From the NCBI RefSeq assembly GCF_009914755.1, contig NC_060932.1: a stretch of 64,000 nt of DNA. One strand, 5' to 3'. The notes under the pieces were generated by a model. The model ran no database searches. It had not been told where the DNA came from and worked only from the letters and a program-made list of their open reading frames with translations. This document shows positions 1 through 17,100 of this stretch, piece after piece. Each line of letters starts with the position of its first letter. The stretch's first letter is position 1. Both the position numbers and the translations under genes were made by a program. Origin of the DNA: the human T2T-CHM13v2.0 reference genome, Homo sapiens.

Positions 1-250
1 GTCTCTGAGAACAACAGAAACCAGTAAGTAGACCAGGCGGAAAAAGCCAAGGAATGGGCAAGGATTTCTTCTTAAGAGAGCAAGAAGAATAAACAGAGCA
101 GGACTGAGAGAAGCCATGGGAAATGGGCAGAACACCATGCATTTAGCGAGAAAAAATAACTTTTACTTTAGAACAGAAAAGAGGGAAAGAATGGTAGTGG
201 TCTCGGTAAACCTAGAAAAGGAAAGGGCAGCGGGGAAAAAATAAACGAGG

Positions 251-829
251 TGTATTAGTCAGGGTTCTCCAGAGGGACAGAACCAATAGGATACACGTAT
301 ATGTAAAAGGGAGTTTACTAGAGAGAATTGGCTCACACGATTACAAGGCAAAGTCTCACAATAGGTTGTCTGCCAGCTGGGGAAAGAGACAAGCTAGTAG
401 TGGCTCAGTCCAAGTCCAGAAGCCTCAAAACCAGGGAAGTCCACAGTGCAGTCTTCAGTCTGAGGCTGAGGGCCTGAGAGTCCTGGGTAAGCTGCTGGTG
501 CAAGTCCCAGAGTCCAAAGGCAGAAGAACCTGGAGTCTGATGTCTAAGGGCAGAAGGAACAGAAGCAAGCATCCTGCATGGGAAGGAGGAAAAAGGACAG
601 CCAGAAGCCTCAGCTAGCAAAGTTATCCCAGCTTCCTCCACTTGCTTTGTTCTAGCTGCTCTGACATGTGATTGACTGGTGCCCACCCACCTTGAGGGTG
701 GGTCTTCCTTCCCAGTCCTCCAACACAAAAGTCAATCTCCTCTGGCAACACCCTCACGAACACACTCAGGAACAATACTCTAGGCAGTTCTCAGTCCAAT
801 CAAGTTGACACCTAATATTTACCATCATA
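251..829 (-). mobile_element. MLT2 (HERV-L) solo LTR
   Basis: Starts TGTATTAGTCAGGGTTCTCCAGAGGGACAGAACCAATAGGATA and ends CAATCAAGTTGACACCTAATATTTACCATCATA, the reverse complement of MLT2 termini. Confidence 0.85.
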
Positions 830-1319
830 CAAGATTTATAAGCTAAGTATGTCGATGATGATAAATAAGTGCTGTGGAGAAAAACAGCTGAGAAGAGAAA
901 AGAAATGCGAAGGAGAGTTTACAAGTTTTAGAATAATTCATACTTATAGGCCACTGTTTTTCATAAAAAACAAGAGGCTCATCTTCTGCAGGTACTGAAG
1001 GGTTTGAGATGTTGTGAGGGTGAACTTGAAAATAACAGGCAAATATCAGAGTTAATGAGGGGAAAAGGAAAAGATGGGTGGGCATCATGGTGGTCCAGCA
1101 AAGGAGGAAAACCCAAGCATGAATGTGGACTGGCGACGTCGGGGAGGGCAGAGCCTCCAACAACACAGGGCAGTCTGAGAGCCAGTGTCAAGACATGGAG
1201 GGAATGGATCCAGGTTCTGTGTTTGGAAGAGTGTGTGTGGAAGAAGGATAAGAGGGCTCAGGAGCACAGGTGCAGTGAGTGTGCTTCTGCAGGGATACAC
1301 TTTTGGTATGTTCTATTAT

Positions 1320-1688
1320 TGCTCAAAAATATGCAATGCACCTCTCTGGGGGAGGATTATACTATATCTAACCCATTGATATCAGCATAGCCAGGTGACT
1401 TGCTATTGCCAATGAAACATGAGCAGAAGTGACAGGTGTCACTTGTAAGCAGAAATTATAAGAACCATGATGTAGCTCAACACCATCTCTTTTTCCTCTG
1501 CCAGCATTCCAGGTAGGAGCAACTCCACCAACCAAGGGCCCAGAATGAGAATTATGTTGAGAAGGGTCACAGCCTACCCATGATCAATATGTAGCTGAAG
1601 TAAGCAAACAAACTTTTCTGGGTGTATGTGTCTGAGACTTGGGAGTCATTTGTAACCGCAGCATAACCCAATCTAAACTGGCTAATAG
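1320..1688 (+). mobile_element. MLT1 (MaLR, MLT1J/I-like) LTR relic
   Basis: GTGACTTGCTATTGCCAATGAAACATGAGCAGAAGTGACAGGTGTCACTT motif and MLT1-like 3' end (TTTGTAACCGCAGCATAACC...GGCTAATA). Confidence 0.6.
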
Positions 1689-3452
1689 AGCTTAAATATT
1701 TTAAGTTGGAAGGGAAATAAGTAAAGCCAGAAGTGACCTAATTTGTTGAAAGTGTAACAGGGGCTGATGATTAGAGGCTTGGTTGCAGGCTAGAGAAGTA
1801 TAGGGCTGAAAAAGACAGATGAACTGGACATTTTCATGGGCAAGGAATGTATAATTTTATAGCATTAGATAAAATGGTGAATGTAAGATTATCGAGCCCA
1901 GGTTCCTGAATATAATGTGTGTTAAATAAACAAAAGCCTTCCTCTAACAGAATTCCCCTAAGCATTTCCAGGTTATGGCCTGTCCAGCCACAGATATGCC
2001 CAGTCCAGTCATAGATACTGTTTATAGCTTCTGAACTAGGAATCAGGAGCCCTGGAGTAACAGGCCCCAACAAAATCAGAGTCGAATTGTGAGCCCAAAA
2101 GCTTAACAAATATCCACCTTCCTTGTCTTCCAACTGTATCTCTTACTTCCCTCTCCCTAGTTCATTGCATCCCAGTCATATTGATCTCTTGGCTGTTCTT
2201 GAACACAACAAGCAGAGGTGAACATGGTTTTTAGCTGCTGAAAGTTACACTTGTGGCTAGAGACCAGACTAACCCTTTTTCCTTCTTTTGGAGGTTATGA
2301 TTAGGATTGTCCGAGGGCAAAGGGTTTAATTTTTTCATTAAACTAACAACATGTTTTGAGCATGTATTATGTTCTGGGGCATGGAGCTTATTGCATTCAT
2401 GGTGCAGGGGAACAGGAGAAATTAATGAGACACATAAATTACATGTATAAATGAAGACAAGTGCTATGGAGAAAAATAAAGGAGAAAATATTATAATGGG
2501 GCCCGGATATTGCATTACGTAATATCCTATATAGTCTGCTATAGTCTGAATAGTCTGCTATTATTTGGTTTTCTCATTGAATAAAATGTTGTGAACATCT
2601 CTCTGGGATGAAACAAAAACATTCTGCATTGCTGTAGTGAAAGATCCTCAGAAGGGAATCATCTAGTCATTCCTGAGGCTTGTTAGATATGACCAACCCA
2701 TCCACTGCATCTCAGTCATAACTACTCTAAACAACACCCACCAAAGGGGAAAAGGGCTTGCTGGAATCCAGCCATCAGTACATCCTTGAAGCAGCTGAAG
2801 ACTCATTTCACTTTTACCCTAATTTGGCCATCGTGACAGCACCCAGCCCAATATTCCAAAGCTAGGTTCTTAACACCATAATGGGGACCAGTGCTTCCTA
2901 GCAGGTACTGAAGGGTTTCAAAGACTGCAGATACAAATTATACTCACTGCTATATCTGCAGTGCAGAAAGCTGAGAGCAAAAGTGATGAGATATCAAGGC
3001 TGCCTCTATGTTCTGAATGCTTCCTTTAAAAAACTGGCACCTAATGTAGGCTATATGCAGACTGTCCAGATCAATTGTGGCAGACCTCAAAATAACAATC
3101 ATAGATACTGTTTGTTGAGAGCATTTTGGGTCACCTTTTCAAAGTGATTTATTTTTGTCTACTGCTAAGTAACCGTCTTAGAAGCTGAACTCACAGGGTA
3201 TGGCACGGTCAGTCTCAACCTCAGGAAATCCTTCAGACCAGGCATGTCTAAGCCATCAGGCCCCAGCATAGACAGAAAAACACATCTCCCCACAGCATTT
3301 GGCTGTGATCCAGAATATCTGGTGACAGAACAAAGGTGAGAAGACTGAGAGGAATTTATCAGAGCAAGCAAATAACAGTCTGAAATTTGGGCTTCTCTGT
3401 GAGGCTACCTCTGTCCATTTATATCTCTGAACATAGTATGTAGAGGAGTTGA

Positions 3453-3890
3453 TATAGTAGTTGAATGGTGGCCCCCCAGAAATATATACACATGCCCCAG
3501 AACCTGTGACTGTGACTTTATTTGGAAAAAAGCATTTTTGCAGATGTAATTAAGTGAAGGACTTCAGGATGAGATCATCCTGGATTATTCAGTTGGACCT
3601 TAAATCCAAGGACAAGTGTTCTTAAAGAGACACACAGAAGGGAAACGGAGAAGGCCATGTGAAGGTAGAGATTGGAGTCATGCAGTCACAAGCCAAGGAA
3701 CATCTGGAGCCACCAGAAGATGGAAAAGGCAAGGAAAGTATCTTCCCTAGATGCTTCTTAGGAAATGTGGTTCTGCTGACACCCTGAAGAGAGACTTCTG
3801 GTCCCTAGAACTTCAAGAAAATAAACTTATGTTGTTTTAAGCCACTCGGTTTGTGGTAATTCATTACAGTAGTCCTAGGAAACTAATACA
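3453..3890 (+). mobile_element. MLT1C-like MaLR LTR
   Basis: GTTGAATGGTGGCCCCCCAG...TTTGCAGATGTAATTAAG...GAGATCATCCTGGATTA; ends GGAAACTAATACA. Confidence 0.8.
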
Positions 3891-4893
3891 CTTGATGACT
3901 CTTTAGCTTGACCTTTGATGCCTACCACCAAGACAAGAAGCAGCCCAGGTAGCAGCACCACTGCCAATTCTAAATGCCTCTCCAATTGTCATGGCCTCCG
4001 TTTCAGATGCACTGCCTGCCATATTTAAATTAAGGGATCTCTTGCACCTCCATCCACCCAACAACCACCCAGGTTGAAGCAAACTACATAATCATTAAAG
4101 AGATTCCCCATCTTCATGGACTATTCAGCCAGTCAGCCTCCAACCTTCCATTCCAATGGATGCCCACACTTTGCAAGAAGCCATTCAAAACTGCCCATGC
4201 AATTACCAGATGCCCTTCTGGTACACCCCTCCAGACACCTTGGTTCTTTTACCTGCTCAGACTACATAGAAATGGCTACAGTGAATCAGTAAATTGCTGT
4301 TTTCCTCTTACAGAATAGCCATTTCTCTGAAAGGTATCATTTCCTCCTCTACCCTTTTTCAGGTCTCTGCTGCTCTTGACACCTTTCAAAGCCAAGCACA
4401 ATGCCTGGCACATAGGAAGCACCCAATAAATGCTTGCCAAGTGAATAACTAGAGGCCAGGCAGCTTAGGAACACCCAGGAGGGTAACCTAGAACCCACAA
4501 AAACATCAGAGAATGCTCTAAACACTTTCCCACAGGCACTGCTACCACTGGCTTCCTAATACATTTCACCACTCTTCTTAGCTTGACCCTATTTTTGATG
4601 CCTGTCACCTAGTGATGGTGGAAACCTATTCTGGGCTCCCCACAGTGGACACATTGAGCTTGCTTCAGGCAAACTCTTCCTGCCAAAGGAAGAGGAGTTT
4701 ACCAGGTGAACAAGCAAAACTTCAAGCACAACCTCTACTTTCTGGCTAGCATTCTGCCCCTGCCTCTTTTCTGTTTTGGCCTCCCTGGTTCCATGCATTG
4801 GGTTCAGACACCTGGAAGTCTTGTCTCTTAGTGTTTGAATCAGCTTCTCTACTTAATGTTAGGCTCACAAGTTCTCATGCTGTGTTTTGGGAG

Positions 4894-5810
4894 TGTGATA
4901 GTAAGAAATATGTACTTGGTCTTTGTCTTTGGTTTCTCACACAGAGCTTTAAAATAATAATAATAATAATTTTTAAGAGACATGGTCTCACCAGTGGCAT
5001 GATCATAGTTCACTGCAGCCTTAAACTCCTGGGCCCAAGTGATCCTCCTGCCTCAGTATCCTGAGTAGCTAAAATGACAGGTGCTTGCCACCATGCTGAC
5101 TCCTGACAGAGTTCTAAAACCCTTGGAATTCCCTGAGTGACAGGGGTAATAGGAGCATCTTTTGTTACTCATAGTAAGCACCTTTCAACCATATCTGAGT
5201 TTATGCTAACAACGTAACTCTTGGAGCATAAGGAGTCCTTTTTCTAGAAACCAATGAAATGATTAGAGAGTTGGAACTTTCTGCTCCACCCCTCAACATC
5301 CTGGGAGGAGAGTGGGGCTGGAGATTGAGTTAATCAGCAATGGCCAATTGTTTAATCAATCATGCCTATGTAATGAAACCTTCATAAAACACCTAAATTA
5401 TGGGTCCCAGAATACCTCTGGATTGGTAAACACAGCCAGGGACTGAGAGTGTGGTGCACCTAGAGAGGGCATGGAAGCTCCATGTACCCCTATACCTTAC
5501 ACTATGCATCTTTTCCATTTGGCTGTTTCTGAGTCATATCCTTTAAAACAAATTGGTAATATTAGGTAAAGTGACTTTCTGTGTTCTGTGAGCTATTCTA
5601 GCAAATTATCAAACATGAAGAGGGAGTCCTGTGAACCCGAGTTTGCAACCAATCAGTCAGAAGTATGGGAGGCCTGGGACTTGGGATTCGTTTCTGAAAT
5701 GAGGGCAGTCTTGTGGGACTGAGCCGTTAACCTTTGGGGTTCATGCTTACTCTAGGTAAATGGTTAGAATGGAACTGAATGCTTGGACACCCAACTGGAG
5801 TCCAGAGAGT
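4894..5810 (+). mobile_element. MER21-like LTR interrupted by an Alu monomer (FLAM, ~4953-5100, minus strand)
   Basis: Starts TGTGATAGTAAGAAATATGTACTTGGTC; internal CTAAAACCCTTGGAATT and GGAGATTGAGTTAATCA motifs. Confidence 0.65.
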
Positions 5811-5829
5811 TGAGGGAGTGAGGATCTGG

Positions 5830-6050
5830 GCTATGGCATCATACAGATCAAATATGGAAACCTCAGCTACATTACTTTTAAACTATATGACCTTGAGCAA
5901 GTCCCCTCAGATTCTGTTTCTTCACTTGCCAAGCGGAAAAAAGATAAGAACTAGGCAGGCTTGTTGGGAGATTTAGGAATAATGTGAAGATTTGCAAACT
6001 GGCAGGATAGTTGGAACACAATAAAATTTCAAAATGTATCAGCTTTTGTT
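5830..6050 (+). mobile_element. MIR
   Basis: MIR core ACTATATGACCTTGAGCAAGTC...TCTGTTTCTTCACTTG. Confidence 0.55.
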
Positions 6051-6456
6051 ATCATTGGACTATATTCATATTTGGCCTCCAAATTCATAGCATTTAATCC
6101 AGAAAGGAGTTCTTGCTGAACCCTAGGCAGCCTTGCTCACTCTTTCAGACCTGAAGAGGTGAACAGAACACTCCCAATATTCCGAGAGATTTCTACAATT
6201 CTATCTCACTGAACTGGGGATGGAAATAACAAAAACCATTAGAAAATAATAGTTTGAAAAAATTAACTTTCTTAGTGTTTAATTTTATCTCTTGCAAATG
6301 TAACTTTCTAGTTTTACACAATATAAGCAGATGTAACTGAAAATTTCTTACGAGAATACCTCAGTCACACAATGTTGTGATGCATTACATATCACTGAAT
6401 TGTACACTTTAAAATGGTGAATTTTACCTCAATTTAAAAAATTGTTTAAATGCGGT

Positions 6457-7033
6457 TGATACAAGAGTTAGGAAGAAATTACTTAGGCACATAGTGAGAG
6501 TACGGAAGTCTTTGGTAACATTTTCCTTTTAATGAAAGGCAACCCCAAATTATTTTCCTTTCTAACAAAGAGCAGCCTGTAAAATCAAGCTGCAGATGAT
6601 GCTGCCAGTTTATACCAATCATGTTCAAGATGGTGGCTCCATCTTCCCTTCTCTTTGTCAGCCAGGTGTACAGTAAGGAGCAGACAAGATGGTGCCACCA
6701 ATGGGAAAGTTCATTTGCATAATAAGATTAGGGTGGGGCAGCCAGCTCCCCCATGTCATACCTGTTTGAGCCAATCTGTGAGCCCTGTGTAAATTAAACA
6801 CCGCCTCCTCAAGCCTGTCTATAAAATCCAGCATATCTGCCACAGGCAAATCTTTTCCTCAGAAGTCCCCAATCTCTCACTAGAGAGAGAGCTATTTTCC
6901 TTTCTCTTTATTTCTTTTTCTTTTGCCTATTAAACCTCCACTCCTAAACTCCTCATGTGTGTCCATGTACTAAATTTTCTTGGCGTGAGATAAAGAACCC
7001 CGGGTATTTACCTCACACAATGTAGCTGCTGCA
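6457..7033 (+). mobile_element. MER50-like ERV1 solo LTR
   Basis: TG...CA termini (TGATACAAGAGTTAGGAAGAAATTACTTAGGC ... GCTGCTGCA) with a 4-bp TSD CGGT/CAGT (one CpG transition). Confidence 0.75.
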
Positions 7034-7089
7034 CAGTGACTGATGTTGCCTCCAGAAATAGAATGTTGTCCTGGGATTCATTTTAAGAA

Positions 7090-7192
7090 GTTTCTTGAGA
7101 TTCTGATTCTCTAGGTCAAGGTAGAGCATGGTCATCCCGGCCTTGTAAAAACTCCCTTAGAGATTCACATGAGCCAGAGTTGAGAACCAATG
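7090..7192. mobile_element. MER5-like hAT DNA transposon fragment
   Basis: GAGATTCTGATTC...GAGTTGAGAACCAATG motifs. Confidence 0.45.
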
Positions 7193-7354
7193 ACTCATGA
7201 TTTAAAATATCACAAAATTGGGCAAAGGATATGAATAGAGTAGAAACTGCATACACAGACACACAAAGACATGTTATCTGGCTAAGATGGTTGGATTCTG
7301 GGGGCATTCTTTTCTCTATCATTTCTATTATTTGAGTTATGATAAAGTTTGTGT

Positions 7355-7710
7355 TTTCTTGTTGTTGTTGTTGTTGTTTTGGGTTTTTCTTTTTTTTTTT
7401 TTTTTTGAGACAAGGTCTCACTCTCATTTCCCAGGCTGCAGTGCAGTGGTGTGATCCTGGCTCACAGCAGCCTCAACCTCCTTGGCTCAGGTAATTCTCT
7501 CACCTCAGCCTCCGGAATAGCTGAGACTACAGCCACACACCACCATGCCTGGCTTTTTTTTTTTTTCTAATTTTTATAGAGATGGGGTTTTACCATGTGG
7601 CCTAGGCTGGGCTTATGAATCCAGGGCAGATTACTCATGGGCTCAAGCAATCCACTCACCTGAGCCTCCCAAAGTGCTGGGATTATAGGTGTGAGCCACC
7701 ATGCCCAGTC
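7355..7710 (-). mobile_element. AluJ-like
   Basis: Antisense dimeric Alu with a (TTG)n/poly-T tail. Confidence 0.9.
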
Positions 7711-7879
7711 TACGATAAGGTTTGACCAATGCATTTAACTATGTAAATTACACTTTTCTGTAAACCATGGTCACTATAGCACCACCTGGATTCTCCTCAT
7801 CCAGGAGACAATGAGACAAGCTGGGGCAACATAGCAAGACCCCATCTCTACGTTGAACGTCTTCCATTCAAAAGGGTCC

Positions 7880-11566
<3,687 letters not shown>

Positions 11567-11629
11567 TATGATGTTAGCTGGTTATTTTGCTCGTTAGTTG
11601 ATGCAGTTTCTTCCTAGCCTCGATGGTCT

Positions 11630-13598
<1,969 letters not shown>

Positions 13599-13834
13599 AC
13601 AATGAGAACACATGGACACAGGAAGGGGAACATCACACTCTGGGGACTGTTGTGTGGTGGGGGAAGAGGGGAGGGATAGCATTAGGTGATATACCTAATG
13701 CTAAATGATGAGTTAATGTGTGCAGCACACCAGCATGGCACATGTATACATATGTAACTAACCTGCACATTGTCCACATGTACCCTAAAACTTAAAGTAT
13801 GATAATAATAAAATAAAGTAAAATAAAATAAAAA

Positions 13835-14180
13835 GAAGCCATAGAGACTGGAACGAAGTGGCAGTTTTTCAGGTGCTGAAAGAAATGAACAGTTAACTCA
13901 AAATTTAATATCCAGTAAAAGTGATCCTTCAGAACAAGGAAAAAAATCAAGACATTCTCAGACGGAAAACTAAGAAAATGTGTCCCCAGCAGACCCACAA
14001 TAAAATAATGACTAAAGGAAGTTCTAAACAGAAAGAAAAGGATAAAAGAAGGAAGCCTGGAAAATTAGAAGGAAGGAAAAACACTATAAGCAAAATCATG
14101 GGCACAAGCAGTAAGCTTCTCTTCTCAGTTTTTAAAATTGTCTGATAGTTGAAATAAAAATTAAAACACTGAAAAAAAAA
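13835..14180 (+). mobile_element. old L1M fragment (ORF1 region)
   Basis: Degenerate AGGTGCTGAAAGAAA...AATATCCAGTAAAA...TCCTTCAG...AAATCAAGACATTCTCAGA. Confidence 0.55.
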
Positions 14181-17100
14181 AACCCTTGGGTGGTAGAGAG
14201 AGTTTCATGACAGGGACCAGCAAAAAGTTCATATTGGGACTCTATTACACCCCCAGGTGAAGCAAATGTTGTCACCATCCCATGTGTCCAAAGCCTACTG
14301 TTAAGGGCCTGAGTCTAACAAGTGAATACAGTGCAAAGTTGGAATTGTGATCTTCATATGTGGATCTGGCCACAGGTGGGATGGTGGTTCATTTCTGGAT
14401 CTAGCTCATAGGCATAATAATAAGCCTCATCCCTGAACCCAGCCTACAAAAGACATGTTGACTGTTATAACTGGGTTTAAGGCAATATGCAAGATTATGA
14501 ATCCAAAGAAGCATGTAGGCTTCAGAGTGGCTTGCAACTCTCATATATGCAGTATAAATCCTTCAAATGTTGTAGTGTCATACAATGGCCCAGGAAACAT
14601 GTTAGATTGTGACTCTCATATACACATCCAGCTCACAGTTAATGGTGTCACACTCAAAGACAAGGAAATTTGGCCTATTACTAGGCTTAGCACCCAGGTG
14701 TTGAGACTTTTTGGGTTAAATTCCTTACCATGGGTACATTGTGACATATCGCTGGGTTAGAATCAAAATAATGTAACTATTCTGCCTGGACGCTGACAAC
14801 AGGGAATATTATCACGTATCTGTGGGCCTATAAGCTAGTTGATTTGTCTCTTCTGCCTCTGCCCTGTCCCCAGAGGACATTGTGAAATATCATTTGACTT
14901 AACATCTAGGTCATGTGATTCTCCTCTCCTGCCTGGGTCCTGCTCACCAAAGAAATTGTGACATATCGCTAATTGCAAAATCTAGGTGATGTGACTTTCA
15001 TCCATATTCTAGGTTCTTCCAGGAGAGGGGATTATTACATATTGCAGAGCCTAGCACTCAGGTAGAGTGGCTCTCCTCTTTTTTTTTCTTCCCTGTCTAT
15101 GGTCGGCTTAGTGACATACTATTTGAGGCTGTACCCAGGTGATGTGACTCTTCTGACTAGGCCCAGCCTGCATATGAGATTATGCTGTATCACTGGCTAA
15201 GCACCCAGATGATGTGACTCTCCTGCCTTGTCCCTGCTCACAGGTGAAATTGTGACATATATGTGGGTTAATCACACATGTGCAATAATAAGTCTCATAC
15301 CTGGATCCAGTCAGTAGCGGTATTTTGACTCTCATAGCCAGTCTCATGGCTATGGGTAAAGTCCTGGATTTTTCACTTGCATAAAGTTCACGAAGAATTA
15401 TAGCACTCAGGTATATCATATAAAGCCGTAATGTTACAAAGAGTGTCATAACAGAGACCAGCAACCAGGTGAGAATGTGAGTCTTATGTGCACACCTAGC
15501 TGACACGATTGTCATTCTTGCACATGAACAGGGCCTTGGAATGAGGTACTGAATCTCACACATATAAAGCAATTGAAGGTTGAAATAACTACTTTCATAC
15601 AGGGATCTTGTTCACAGGTGGCTTGGTAACATTTGAACCATGATTCAGCACACCTGTGGTGCTGTGACTCCCCTACTGGAACACAATCTTCAAGTGGGAT
15701 TGGGGCTGTTATACATGGATCTTGTGCATTGTTGAGACTGTGACTCCTCTACTTAGACCCAACTCATAGAAAGAGTTGACTCACATGCACGAAACCAGGG
15801 CTTGTGTGGGATGCGAAACTTATATCCAGACCTTTCTGGGAGTGTGATTGGGACAGGTAACTTTCCCCAGCACATTAATAATTTCACTCTCTTTTCTAGG
15901 CCCAGACCACAGAGAAAATTGTGCCATACATAGAACAAGCACCTAAGCAATATATAATGGCTTCCTTGGCTCTGCCTATAAAGGGCACTTTTATATATAC
16001 TGGGACCTCACCCAGGTGATGTGAATTATCTGCGAAAAGCCTACCTACAAAGAGAACTGTGTCTTATATCTAGGTCCATCACATAAGTGATGTAACTCCC
16101 TTCTACTGCATTGGCGAGGCATTTACAATGCATTGTGACACATAACTGGGTACTTCACCCAGGCGATGTGATTCTCCTTTTGGGTTCTGCCAACAGGAAG
16201 CATTGTAACATATCACTTGGCTCAGCACCTGGGTGATGTTTTTTCACTTTTGCCTGCGTCCTGGCCACAGGGAAATTGTGACATATTGCTGGGCCCAGCA
16301 ACAACATGAGGTCACTCTCCAGCTTTGGTATTGCCCATTAGTACCATTGTGACATATATCTAGGGCAATTGCATAGGTGAAGTGAGTCTCTTGCCAAAGT
16401 CCTGCCCATAAAGGAGGTTTTGATATGTCACTGAAATCAGGATCCAGATTATGTGACTCTTCTGCCAGTGTCCTGTCCACAAGGTGGATTGTGACATCTC
16501 ACTGGACCTGAACCCACATAGGTGATGTGACTTTCTTGCCTTCTCTCTGGCCACAGGTGATATTCTGTCATATACCTGAGACCATAACAAAAGCCTAATA
16601 ACAACTCATATGCCTGAAGCCAGGACACGTGCAGGATGGTGACTCTTATTCTTAAACCTTTTCACAAGTGTAATTGTGACATATATATTTGCCCAGCTCC
16701 TGAGTGATTTAATAATTATGCCTAGGTATAGCCCACAAATGAGATTTTGACAAGTACCTGGGCCAAGCACCTTGGTGATTTGATGGTGCTATCTTAACAG
16801 TGTCCTCTGGGGGGATTGTAACATATTGCCGGACCCATCATCTAGGTTACATGACACTCCTCTCCTGCCTGTACCCTGCTTCCTTTGGCAATTGTAGCCT
16901 TTCTAAACACTGCATCCAAATGATATGACTCTCTTGCCTGGGCCCTGTCAACAGGCAGCATTGTGAAATATTTTTTGGCCCATCATTAGGTAATATGACT
17001 CTCCTCTCCTGCCTAGACACTGCCCACAAAGAACATTGTGCCACAGAGCTGGACCTAGCACACAAGTTATGTGATGTTTCTGACAGGACCCAGCCTACAA

